From: Squalus acanthias
Taxonomy: Eukaryota
DNA: 64,000 bases
Direction: 5' to 3'
Assembly (NCBI GenBank): GCA_030390025.1
Contig: CM059438.1
Span: 28,768,001 to 28,832,000 of the forward strand
Made by a program: the position numbers and the translations under genes. Positions 1 to 10,840 of the stretch are shown here, piece after piece; position 1 is the first letter of the stretch; each line of letters starts with the position of its first letter. The notes below the pieces were generated by a model that was not told where the DNA came from, did not search any database, and saw only the letters and a list, made by a program, of their open reading frames with translations.

Positions 1-150
1 CCTCTCTTGCTGGCTTCCCACAGGTACAGGGAGCTATCGATTGCATGTGCTGGCTCGTAGGAGAAAAGGGATACCCTGTCAAATTTGGATCACGCATCTG
101 AGAGGAAACCCACCAATGAGGTGCAGAGCACTATACAAATTAGGTCCCAC
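1..150 (+). pseudogene. Degenerate Harbinger transposase remnant
   Basis: Translates to LAGFPQVQGAIDC and LVGEKGYP, matching the AGFPMVQGAIDC and LLGDKGY motifs of the intact transposase at 7624-8784. Confidence 0.6.
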
Positions 151-309
151 ACCAAACCTTGCAACTTCAGTGTAGCTCTGCCAACAGTGTACACCCTCCC
201 CATATAAGATGGGTACATTGGCAGTCCTGGGACTCAGACAACTTAAGTAAGCTACTTAAAGGGAGATTGCAGTTTGAGTTGATGGAAAAAAAATTCTTTT
301 TAGTTTTCA

Positions 310-665
310 ATAAGGCTTAAGTCAGGAGTGTGATAAAATACTCACCACTCATCTGGAACAGTGCAGCTGCAACAACACTCAAAAAGCTCGACACCATCCA
401 GGATGAGCAGTCCGTTTCATCTGCGGCCTACCACTAAACTCAGCATCCACCACCACCAACACCGGCATTCTATGGCTGCACTGCATACTATCTACAGGAT
501 GCAATATAACTACTCACCAAGCCTACTTCGACAGCACCTCCTCGCCCCATGACTTCTACCATCAAGAAGAACAGGAGCAGCAAGATCTTGAGAACACCAT
601 CAGCTCCAAATTCCCCTCCCATTCACGCACCATCCTGACTTGGGCGTATATCATTGTTCCTTCAT
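310..665 (+). mobile_element. Old 3' fragment of the LINE family seen at 24882-28527
   Basis: Colinear similarity to ~27985-28345 (aagctcgacaccatccagga ... ttcgacagcacctcc). Confidence 0.75.
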
Positions 666-803
666 TAATTTTATTAAGTTGCATATTACCAGTAGTTGTA
701 CTTTTTGCACTGTTGTGCTTCATTAAGTTAGATGAGCTCTCCATAGCAAATGTTTTCCTTAAAGGCATTGGCTGCATTTGCCCACAATGAATCCTCCTGA
801 GTA

Positions 804-1255
804 AGAAACATAGAAACTAGGAGCAGGAGTAGGCCATTCGGCCCGTCGAGCCTGCTCCACCATTCAATACGATCATGGCTGATCATCCAAATCCAGTACC
901 CTGTCCCTGCTTTCTCACACAGAATCCCCATCGAGCCTGCACCGACACATATCGCACCCTATCACTGTAACCCCACGTATTTAATTCCCCCTAACATATC
1001 CCTTCCTATCCTATCCCCGTAACCCCACATATTTAATCCCCCCCCCTAACACTAAGGGTCAATTTATCATAGCCAAATCAACCTAACCCGCACATTTTTG
1101 GACGGTGGGAGGAAACCGGAGCACCCGGAGGAAACCCACGCAGACACGGGGAGAATGTGCAAACTCCACACAGACAGTCACCCGAGGCCAGATTCGAACC
1201 CGGGTCCCTGGCGCTGTGAGGCACCAGCGCTAACCACTATGCCACCGTGTTGCCC
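804..1255 (-). mobile_element. tRNA-derived V-SINE (HE1-like) with CR1-type 3' tail
   Basis: Minus strand has a tRNA-like head (A box ggcatagtggtt, B box ggttcgaatc), the V-domain gtttcctccgggtgctccggtttcctcccac, and the tail ggcctactcctgctcct shared with local CR1s. Confidence 0.85.
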
Positions 1256-1264
1256 GAGTAGGAG

Positions 1265-1688
1265 ATAGAAACATAGAAACATAGAATCTAGGAGCAGGAG
1301 TAGGCCATTCGGCCCGTCGAGCCTGCTCCGCCATTCAATACGATCATGGCTGATCATCCAAATCCAGTACCCTGTCCCTGCTTTAATCCCCACAGTACAC
1401 ATATCCCACCCTACCCCCGTAACCCCACGTATTTAATTCCCCCTAACATATCCCATCCTATCCCCATAACCCCACATATTTAATCCCCCCTAACACTAAG
1501 GGTCAATTTATCATAGCCAAATCAACCTAACCCACACATTTTTGGACTGTGGGAGGAAACCGGAGCACCCGGAGGAAACCCACGCAGACACGGGGAGAAT
1601 GTGCAAACTCCACACAGAGGTCAGATTCGAACCCGGGTCTCTGGCGCTGTGAGGCACCAGTGCTAACCACTATGCCACCGTGTTGCCC
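1265..1688 (-). mobile_element. Second, tandem V-SINE (HE1-like)
   Basis: Close copy of 804-1255 with a (TTTCTATG)n tail. Confidence 0.85.
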
Positions 1689-2719
1689 TTGGGCAGGCTG
1701 GGATTTTAATCTTGTTTAGCATTTTGCCTCCTTCTGAGCCATTCTTCAGATCCACCCTTCAGATTCGCCCGGTATAGTCACATGTGGCTCATCGGAGCTC
1801 TATTTCTCCCACAGGATGTCAGTTTAAGGTCCCATTGACAAATTGAATTGGCGATAGGGAAAGTACATTGGCTCTTTCTCTACACTAACTATCCTGTATG
1901 TTTATGATATCTGCTAGTCAGAGAAGTGTGGTCTTATTTAGAGCCTTCGGTAGTCATTAGGGCATTTCTCTTCAATGTTAATTCAATATTGTATCACCTC
2001 CTGCAACTCCTCGAAGTGTGGTTTTCTATGCTGCATTTTAGCAGACTGGTCTTTTATCCTGAATGGATGAAATGGAATGTGGTTGTAGAATTCTGTGGGG
2101 GGTTTTTGGCCTGCATGTAGGTTAATTTTTCATCTGCCATACATCTTTTCTATACTACTCTCTGTTTTCCCTTGTTGGAGAACAAATGAACCGATAAGAG
2201 TTTTCTTTGAAGAATTGCTGCTTTCCTTGTTCTGCTAACTGCACTCTATACCTCCACTCCAGTTGCTTTTATTTAACTCATTTTCAGCCCATGTAATTTG
2301 TACAGGGAACTGAGATTTGTATTGGTGGGGAACTGGTCATGAAGTTACTTTCCACATGCAAGTCTTCTCCCTATAAAGGAAATTTAATAGAACATGGAGA
2401 GTATACCGTATATTAGTTGATCTGTTTGACAAGCTTTATTATGGTTCTGAATGTTTTGTGTGATTCTTGTTTGTATCAGAAGTTCCTACTCTTTGAATGT
2501 TTTCAGGCTTAAAATATGAAGTTACATTCCAATTATTAGCTGTCACCTATTTTTTTTCCAATGTAATATGCTTCCTGTGTCTTCAGCATGCTAATTTTAT
2601 ATCTATGGGATACATACGTGTGCAGTGAGGAAAAAAATAAACACTTTTTAAAAAAGTATTTACATGTAAATGAAAAATATCTATGATTAATTGCTGAAAA
2701 TACTGAGAATATAATTTGA

Positions 2720-2825
2720 AATAAAAACAGAAAATGCTGGAAACACTCAGCAAGTCAGGCAACATCTGTGGAGAAAAGCACAGATTTCAGATTTCCAGCA
2801 TCCGCAATATTTTGCTTTTGTTTTA
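2720..2825. repeat. Short inverted-end repeat (probably Penelope-derived); related copies ~55795-55940, ~58205-58300, ~61845-62185
   Basis: aaaacagaaaatgctggaaacactcagc...gatttccagcatccgca motif recurs four times. The family assignment is from recall only. Confidence 0.5.
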
Positions 2826-3152
2826 GAGAATATCATTTTTTTTTGGTTTGTGATGAGTTTTACCGAGTGGACATTTTGAGTCACCTGTAAGCACTCTACT
2901 CGTGAGCAGAAACGATCAAACTAGATAAATTAAAGTTTTTTCTTTTTGCAAATGGTTTTTTGACCAAAACCTATGTTTTGATGGATTAGAAAATATGATA
3001 TTTTTGCCTGTAGATTTGTTATTTCTAAGTTATCAAACTAGTTACAATCTATTTGTGAAAAACTGTAGCATTTTAAATTCCCCGCAAAGCCATTGTGCAT
3101 AATTTGCATACGATATAATTTGTGAGTAAAGTTGCTGAACGAGCTGCATACT

Positions 3153-3576
3153 TGTTAGAGGGGACTCCGATTTCCTCCCTCTCAGTCAAGACAGACAATG
3201 CTAGATAGGTTCACAATGATCTTTATTCAAGCATATGCAGGGGGAGACTCTCACTTGACAGCTTCAAGTGGGACTTCGCCGATCTCTCTCATTTCATTTA
3301 CTTATATACATTTGTTATTGCTTATGCAAGCTATTACAAAATATCACGTGCTAGTTACACTATTTGTTAATGTTAGGTGTCTCTATCCATGAATTGCACT
3401 CCTTAGTTCCCTTGTGATTTAATCATTTGCTCGGTGACTATTCTTTTGCACGTATATAATTAGGTTTTTACTTGTTTTTCACATTTTATCACACCACCCT
3501 TGTTAACCTAACATAACCTCTAAAGTTCTTTATTGTTTGGTCAATCAGTAGTGTTTACTTGTTAATTACCCTTACA
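3153..3576 (-). repeat. 3' LTR (424 bp)
   Basis: Direct repeat of 16168-16591 with about 11 mismatches by eye. The minus strand has TATATAA (~3302-3308) and AATAAA (~3222-3227). Confidence 0.95.
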
Positions 3577-3589
3577 ATTCCCCCCTTTT
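3577..3589 (-). promoter_or_regulatory. Polypurine tract
   Basis: Minus strand AAAAGGGGGGAAT directly abuts the 3' LTR. Confidence 0.9.
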
Positions 3590-3714
3590 GGCCCTTGGCT
3601 AAGCCTATACAGGCCAACATAAGTATATTTGTTAGTAGTTGAGATGTTAGTATCTGATTTCCCTTTCCCGTCGGTGGCCAGCCTTCGGTCGTAGGGTCCT
3701 CCAGTCACTCCCAT

Positions 3715-4970
3715 CTAAATTGGTATCTCAGACCAATTTTCCTCCAGATTCTTTTTCCCTTTATCATTTACCAGTGGTGTGATTTCTTCAACTATACCAC
3801 TAATTAGTCTTTGTCTTTTGCGACGTTTATACTTTAAACAACAATCCAGTAACAAATAACATATCATACACATCTGGATTGCTACTAACACATGGAATAT
3901 TATTCTGATCCATGGATGGACCTGTACATTCATACCCCAGTTCCATAATTTTGTATACCATGGAGTTGCTTTCCAGATTCTTCCTTAACATAGAAACATA
4001 GAATCTAGGAGCAGGTGTAGGCCATTCGGCCCATCGAGCCTGCTCCAGCATTCAATACGATCATGGCTGATCATCCAAATCCAGTACCCTGTCCCTGCTT
4101 TAATCCCCACAGTACACATATCCCACCCTACCCCCGTAACCCCACATATTTAATTCCCCCTAACATATCCCATCCTATCTCCATAACCCCACATATTTAA
4201 TCCCCCCCTAACACTAAGGGTCCAATTTATCATAGCCAAATCAACCTAACCCGCACATTTTTTGGATCATTAATCTTCTTGCTCAACCTTATGTATGCCT
4301 CGTGTCGTATCTCAAGTGCCTGTTGCAGCTCCTTGTCTTCTTCATCTACGTATGGGATGGTTGGTCCTTCTTTAGGTAGAAATTGTTCCAAATTCTCTGA
4401 CCATTTCGTATCATCGAGAGTGACATTGATCTCAATGTCCTTCAACCTCATTGAGATAATCTGATCTCCGATCTGCGTTTTTTCATTTGGGTCAAAACAA
4501 AAGTCTGTCACTGTAATATTACAGGTGGTTGTCCCATATGTGTAACTGTTCTTTTTAGTGCTCACACACCATGTCCGTTTACCAGGTCCCAACGGGACCA
4601 TCCTGGTTATTTCTCCGGATTCCAGTGATATGACCTTTAGCATGCATCCCTCCGTCCGACTTATTCCGCAATAGCCTCTCCGTGACATTGTCCATTCTTT
4701 TGGGCACAAGAGATGTTTGTTCTTCCAGGCACACTATTCGGTTCTCACGCCTTGTTTGGTAAAGTTTTGGTCGACCTGTGGATGAGGTAAGGGTTTGTTA
4801 TCTCTCCCTACGTTTACTGCATAATCTGGTACTTCATGGTATTTTATCCTTGTTTTATTTTTAATTTCTCCTATATTGTGGACTCTCAGTAGTTTACTAG
4901 CCTTATCTATATCTACTTGTGGTTTTGCTAGTACAACTCCAATAATAGCCTCATGTCCTGTGAGACTTTG
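3715..4970 (-). pseudogene. env: env C-terminal part (Cys-rich ectodomain, heptad repeat, TM anchor, basic tail), interrupted by a SINE
   Basis: ORFs 4230-4709 (Cys-rich, ELQQALEIRHEAYIRLSKKI) and 3715-3933 (PWIRIIFHVLVAIQMCMICYLLL followed by KYKRRKR). Confidence 0.8.
3987..4266 (-). mobile_element. 5'-truncated V-SINE inserted in env
   Basis: Nearly identical to 1270-1546. Confidence 0.85.
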
Positions 4971-5329
4971 GGGGAAAAATTAGGTCGCGCCCCATTTGGG
5001 GCGCAAATATCGTCTGGACGCAAATATTAGCGCCTGGCGCTAATTATCGCCACTGACTGGAAACTTCACTTTTACCGCCCCGGGAGGTGAGTGGAGCGCT
5101 AAATCAGGCGCTGCACACCTGTCTTAAGGCACAAAGGCCGAGCAGTGAGGCGCTAACTCAGCGCGCGAGCGCAGCGCAGCTGCTGCCAGTTAGCGAGGGA
5201 ACACAGACACACTGGCGCCGGCCACTTCTTAAAGCGGGGGGGGGGCAACTTGCTCCCCAGCCACACCCTGCTCATTGCAGCCTTGAATCTCAGCCTGGAG
5301 AGACCTGTGAATCCATTTTGCTGCCAAGG

Positions 5330-7311
5330 ATGGAGAGGGTGAGAGAACGAGCTCATCACTTCACCGAGCGGGCCTTGGATGCTCTGGTTGGCGCGGTGGA
5401 GCGCAGAAGATGTATACTCTTCCCTGAGAGTGGCAGGAGGCCTTTGCCACGCGAGTTCAGAAGAGTGTGGAGGGAGGTGGCTCAGAGCGTCTCCTCCAGG
5501 AGCATGGTGCCCAGGACCCATACTCAATGCCGCAAAAAGTTCAACGACCTCACTCGGGTCGTCAGGGTCAGTGGCTTTTTCTCAATACCTCTCCATCCCT
5601 CCATCTCAACCTCACTCGATGGCCAGAGGGTCTTAAAACCCCAATGCACAACACTCATCCAACACCTATGGCCCTGTCATGAAACACACACACACATTCC
5701 ACACTTTGCATACAGTAAGGGCTATTCACCTATGGGAGGCACATCAGGCAAGACCATGGCTGCATACAGTAAGGGCTATTCACCTATGGGAGGCACATCA
5801 GGCAAGACCATGGCTGCATACAGTAAGGGCTATTCACCTATGGGAGGCACATCAGGCAAGACCATGGCTGCATACAGTAAGGGCTATTCACCTATGGGAG
5901 GCACATCAGGCAAGACCATGGCTGCATACAGTAAGGGCTATTCACCTATGGGAGGCACATCAGGCAAGACCATGGCTGTATATTTACTCAGATGCTGTCC
6001 TTTTTCTTACAGGCCAAGCTGGCGCATAATCGGAGACAGCAGCAACGGACAGGTGGAGGGCGGCCTCAGCTGCAACCCCTCAGCGATCTTGAGGAGCGCG
6101 TCCACAGGATTGTGGCAAGCCGGGTGATCGGTCCCATCGCCACTGGAGACGCCGACCCCGTTCTGGACAGCAATGGTAAGGTCATCACCTTTTTGTCCTC
6201 TGTCCTTCCACTTGTCCCTCACAACACCAGCCTTTGACACTTTCAATCCAACTTGCTAACTCGCTGCACTTATTCCTCCCTTACTGCCACCCTGTCCTCA
6301 CGCTAAAGCCACTCTTGTACCTCCCTGCTTTCAGATGGTGATTCACCAGCTGAGGAGACGGGCCCTGAAGCTGCCACTGGGAGTGAAGCTGCAGCCGAGG
6401 AGGAAGAGGAAGCCGGAGCATCAGTGCCACCCTCTCCCGAGGAAGCCCATGCCCACACTGGGAACACGCCTTCCCTGGAGGGGAGCAGGGGGGAAGGGTC
6501 TGATGAGGGTGAAGCTCCAGGACCCAGCGGGCTGCAGCAACGCCATGGGGGTAGGGAAGAACGGGGGCCTTCTCCCCAGAGGGAGAGTATGCCAGACACT
6601 CCTACTGCAATGGACGCAGAGGAGGAGCGGCTGATCGCAGAAATGAACACCCAGGCGGTGGGCATGCACACTGAGCTCATGGGTGCAGTGGGAAGGGTGC
6701 CCGAATGCATTGAGTCACTGGCAAGGAGTGTGGAGCACTTCGCTGTAGCACAGGCGGATGCCACACTAACGCTTAGTGCTGCAATTCAGTCACTGGCTGC
6801 CGTGATCCCATCTCTGACTGCTCTCATGCAGACTCAGATTGAGGCCACGCGAGCACAGACTGCTGCCAACCTCGATGGTTCGTTCACATGTCCCCGGGGC
6901 TGTCACCGCGCCGCAGCAGGCCAGCAATCTGTTCTCCAGCAGATTGCTCCGGATGCTGAAGTGCTGCCCCGTGGGAGTGCCAGTGTGTCGGGCGAGCAGG
7001 GAGTTGCTGTCCTCTCTCACGATGACAGCATTCCTGCTGCCAACACTGTCACTTCTCCACTGCACTTGCCACCGCCTGTAGGACAGACTGCTGCCGCCCA
7101 TGCAGAGTTGGTGCAGTCTGCAGCCGGGCCCTCCAGGCCCAGAACTGGTCGAGGCCGTCCTTCAGGGGCATCTGCAGTGTCAGGGTCTGACGAGCAGCAG
7201 CCTTCCACCAGCCTTGCTGCAGCCACTGAGGTCCCATTACGGAGGAGCAGTAGGGTTAGAAGGGGGGAAGTGCGCAAGGGAAGGAGATCACCCTCGAAGG
7301 GCAAAAAGTAG
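5330..7311 (+). CDS. Harbinger Myb/SANT (trihelix) DNA-binding protein; exons 5330-5566, 6013-6175, 6335-7311 (458 aa)
   Basis: FTERALDALVGAV...WREVA...RTHTQCRKKFNDL motif. GT/AG sites (AGG|GTCAGT, TTACAG|GCC, ATG|GTAAG, TTTCAG|AT) join three exons in frame without stops. Basic C-terminus. Confidence 0.85.
5708..5977 (+). repeat. Minisatellite, 5 x 54 bp, in intron 1 of the Myb gene
   Basis: gcatacagtaagggctattcacctatgggaggcacatcaggcaagaccatggct is repeated five times perfectly. Confidence 0.95.
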
Positions 7312-7623
7312 GAGGTGTGACAAAATGCTGGTCATTTTTTTATTAAAGGTCGAGGTTCATGGTCCAACTTTTGTTTAGTGTTTTGGACATTATCTCCAGG
7401 TTGTGAGAACCAGTTATGTTATTGACTGTATTTTTGTGTTTATTTCTATGAGTTTGTCATGAGGAATTGACACACACAGAGTTTGTAAAATAAATAAGTT
7501 TCTGTATTCAAAATATACATGGTTGGTGGTTGGAATTATTGGTGCCTTGGCCGGCTTAGGGGTTGCGTGCTGGGTTCATTGATGTTGTTAGCAATGGCAG
7601 AAGCCATTTCCACAGCAGGGGCC

Positions 7624-8784
7624 CTAGAAGCGGCTTGCTATTAGCCGTTGACGGACGGCCCTTGCAGTTTCACCATTGTGGGCCGCCCTCCCGCCTTGGT
7701 GCTGCTGATGATCATCCTCCTCGTTCTCTTCCTCCTCCTCTTCCTCCTCCTCTGGTGGTGCTCCAAGGCCTGGTGGCATTGGCTGGGTCCTGAGGATTGA
7801 CATGTTATGCAACATGCAGCACACAACTACGAAGTTGGATACTCGCTCAGGCGAGTACTGCAGGGCTCCTCCAGAATGGTCGAGACAGCGGAACCGTTGC
7901 TTCAGCACGCCGATTGTGCGCTCAATTATGTTCCTGGTAGCTTGATGGCTCTCATTGTACCGCAGCTCAGCAGGGGTGTTGGGCGTACGGAGGGGTGTCA
8001 TCAGCCAGGTGCTCAATGCATACCCCTTGTCCCCGAGAAGCCAACCAACTGGCTGATGCGGTGCCTCGAAAAGTTCTGCCACAGTAGTCTGGCGCAGGAT
8101 AAAAGCATCGTGGCAGCTGCCAGGATAGTGGGCATTGACAGCGAGTATCAGCTGTCTGTGGTCACAGACCAACTGAACATTCAAGGAATGGAACCCCTTT
8201 CTGTTCCGGAATTCCTCGGCATTCTCATGCGGAGCACGCAAAGCCACATGCGTGCAGTCAATGGCGCCCTGCACCATGGGGAAGCCCGCTACCCTCGCAA
8301 AGCCCAGAGCACGGTCACGCTGCTTGTCTGGGGTCATGGGGAAAGAGATGAACTCTCGTCTCCTTTTAAAGAGGGCATTTGTGACCTGCCGGATGCAGCA
8401 ATGCACCGCGAACTGGGAGATATTGGCGAGGTCCCCAGCAGCAGCTTGAAATGAGCCAGTAGCGTAGAAGTTGAGAGCCACTGTGACCTTCACTGCCACC
8501 GACAGAGACGTCCTGGACCTCAGTTGAGGCTGCAGATCTGGCTGCAGCAGGTGGCAGAGCTCAGTGACCACCTCCTTGCTGAATCGCAGCCTTCGCAAAC
8601 ACAGCTCCTCAGACATATGAAGGTAGGAGAGCTGTTCACGATATACCCTGGGAGGGTAAGCTCTCCTGTACATACGCCTGATGGCCCTCCTCCGTCTGGC
8701 CATCATTGCCACTCTCTCTCTGCGTCTCTGTGTCCTCCGATTCAGCTGGAGCAGGACGACGCCCCCAATCAGTGCAGCCCCCAT
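7624..8784 (-). CDS. Harbinger DDE transposase (HARBI1-like), intact 386 aa
   Basis: GAIDCTH, RKGFHSLNVQLVCD, PGSCHDAF, LLGDKGY, RNIIERTIGVLKQRF and CCMLHN motifs, plus an acidic tail. Confidence 0.95.
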   Translation of the reverse strand: MGAALIGGVVLLQLNRRTQRRRERVAMMARRRRAIRRMYRRAYPPRVYREQLSYLHMSEELCLRRLRFSKEVVTELCHLLQPDLQPQLRSRTSLSVAVKVTVALNFYATGSFQAAAGDLANISQFAVHCCIRQVTNALFKRRREFISFPMTPDKQRDRALGFARVAGFPMVQGAIDCTHVALRAPHENAEEFRNRKGFHSLNVQLVCDHRQLILAVNAHYPGSCHDAFILRQTTVAELFEAPHQPVGWLLGDKGYALSTWLMTPLRTPNTPAELRYNESHQATRNIIERTIGVLKQRFRCLDHSGGALQYSPERVSNFVVVCCMLHNMSILRTQPMPPGLGAPPEEEEEEEEENEEDDHQQHQGGRAAHNGETARAVRQRLIASRF

Positions 8785-9724
8785 AGTCTCTTTGCAAGCA
8801 AAGTAATGAAGGACAGCAACTAAAGTACTAGCGAAGTTAGGATCAGTAGGGAAAACTACCTCACAAAGCGTTGAGTCAATGCAGAAGTCTCTCTTTCTCT
8901 CTCTCCGAATCTCTCTCTCTCTCTCAGAACGAGTGGTGCAAAAATGTCCACCACAGAAAAAGACAGGAAGAGGCCCCCTTTAAATAGCGCCCCCCCCCAG
9001 CCCCACAGCGATTGATAGCGTTCCAGTCTTCCGGTCGTTGGATGCGCCAGGCGGTAAGGCAGGGGGCGCCACTCAATTTCCGCTCCGGGGCGCCACAAGG
9101 GCGTTGCACCATGGAATGACGTCACAATCTGCGCGCGCAGGTGGTCGCAGCGGTAAAGTTTAGCGCCGCCGCACAATCTCTAGTTAAGTTCCCGAGCGGC
9201 GCAAACATCGCTGCGCCCGGGCGTTAGCGGCTTTGCGCCCCATTAGCGCCCTCTTAAGGCGCTAACGGGAGGCGCAACCAACTGAATTTTTACCCCGTTG
9301 TATTTTAGGTACCCATGCCGTACAGAGGGTTCTAATTTTACATGTTTTTTTTTTAACATTCAAATTCATTTTCTTCCAGGCACATTGGCAACTGTAACTT
9401 CAAGGCTGAAGCTTATCTTTTGTAAAACAATTAACAAACTTAAAACAGCACACGCTTGTCCATCAGTCAAGACAAGTCTTCAAAGGGTTAAACAGCTTTT
9501 AGCTCTCTGTACAAAAGAGTGGGTGGAGCTAAAACAAACACAACAGACACTTTCTTTCAAAGACAGAAAACTTCCACACTTTTAACACACACTTTTACAC
9601 AAACAGATTCCAGCATTCCTTTTAAGATTCCTTTCACTCAGCAAATCCTGTGTTTTACTTGTTTTGGACAGAAACTGATAGCATCTGTGTCGATAAAACT
9701 TTAATGTTTTCCTTATTCCCTTTC

Positions 9725-9997
9725 TTAAATTACTGGTATTCGGGTACAATTTTGGCACCCGTTTTTGGTACAAATTCGAGTACGTCCACTCAACTCATAA
9801 TATGCGCGAGCCACTAAAATGATGGCCTTTTCTTCCTTTAATTTTGTTTCTTTAGCCCACCATTCTCTTTGTTTGGCCGGTGGGTCATTCGGTTGCCAAT
9901 CATTTTTAACCATTTTGTCAATTAATCTTTTATTTTTGTCCGCTAAATAGCATGTCGGAGACCCCACCGGTCCCCACTCGAGTTTTTCACTTCCCAT
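9725..9997 (-). CDS. 90-aa ORF paralogous to the provirus Gag N-terminus (matrix-like), within an insert in env
   Basis: Aligns without gaps to the N-terminus of ORF 15291-15839 (WG..S.T.YLA.K...I.KM.K..W...D.P..Q..WW.K.TK.KEE.A.I.V). Strong Kozak context aaccATGG. Confidence 0.7.
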   Translation of the reverse strand: MGSEKLEWGPVGSPTCYLADKNKRLIDKMVKNDWQPNDPPAKQREWWAKETKLKEEKAIILVARAYYELSGRTRICTKNGCQNCTRIPVI

Positions 9998-10202
9998 GGT
10001 TAATTGTTGTCAGCGGTACGTCCCTTTACTCTCGCAGAGTGAGACGGTACTTGCAACTGGAGTTGTCAGAGGTACCTCTCTTACTTACTCTCGCAGAGTG
10101 AGACCGTTCTTGCAACAATTTGGTTCTGGCGATTTGTTGTCAGAGGTATGCTTAAACTTTCTGCACTACTTGCAACAATTTTGTTTGGGGTTATTTGTTG
10201 TG

Positions 10203-10840
10203 TAGAATCATATATATTTCTTAGATCTATGGTATTTACAGTGGCTACTCCTGCTGCATACCCTGCTCCTGCCATTTCTATTATCCCTCGTTTGCTCCGC
10301 TTAGAGGGTTTTTGTTCCTTCTTTAGTTCTATCTTTAACATATCATGATTCGGGCCTGCTATCAGGCGCTTTGTCAGGTTTTTGTATAAATTTCTGATAT
10401 TTTCTTGACACATTTCTGGTAGTTGTAATTCAGTTAGGTTGATATACATTTTCACCAATTGGGTTGATGCTCCAAAGTTGACGAGTCGCTCGTCATCTTC
10501 GTAGATCAAACCTCCCTTTACTCCAGGCCTCACACGAGGGCACACTGGGTCAGGGATTTCTGTGGTGGTTGGCATCTCTGTAGTGGTACTGGGAGTTGTG
10601 GGTTCTGGTCTCGGGCCCTTAGTAACCATCCATATTAGGTCTCGTTCTTTATTCTATTTACCCCAGTCGTTATCCCCGGACCTGCTATCCCAGTATTCAT
10701 CTTTTCCTCATTCCTTTGGGTTCTAATACAGTTACTTTTTACGCTATGACTGTTATCCGGACTTGTTCCATCCGAAGCGTTCTCTGTTGGTGTCAGGATC
10801 GTTCCGACCCCAATACATATTAGGCTCAGGAGTAATCTGT
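10203..10840 (-). pseudogene. env: env N-terminal part (signal-like stretch, Thr/Pro-rich segment, furin site, fusion peptide)
   Basis: A candidate acceptor gtgttacag is followed by LLLSLICIGVGTIL, then RSKR|GIIEMAGAGYAAGVATVNT. Confidence 0.75.

Larger units (their letters stand above)
4970..9297. mobile_element. Autonomous PIF/Harbinger DNA transposon inserted in env
   Basis: GGGG(A/T)AAAATT terminal inverted repeats, TTG duplication, convergent transposase and Myb genes. Excision restores the env frame ...AWVPKIQ|SLTGHEAIIGVV. Confidence 0.93.

Noticed and set aside
1178-1255. tRNA gene (also 1610-1688, 24882-24975, 25927-25995)
   Set aside because: These are tRNA-derived retroposon heads continuous with SINE or LINE bodies.
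3198-3392. Duplicated 64-65 aa ORF (also 16210-16407)
   Set aside because: A chance antisense ORF within the LTRs.
5708-5977. CRISPR-like array
   Set aside because: The units are contiguous with no unique spacers, the context is eukaryotic and there are no cas genes.
5087-6127. 346-aa ORF as the real protein
   Set aside because: It starts at a non-ATG codon in the subterminal region and reads through intron 1. The spliced model from 5330 fits better.
7807-8454. 215-aa ORF antisense to the transposase, and similar shadow ORFs over LINEs
   Set aside because: Shadow ORFs of GC-rich coding sequence with no motifs.
7624-8784. Domesticated host HARBI1 gene
   Set aside because: It sits inside TIRs with a Myb partner and is inserted in a provirus, so it is a transposon gene.
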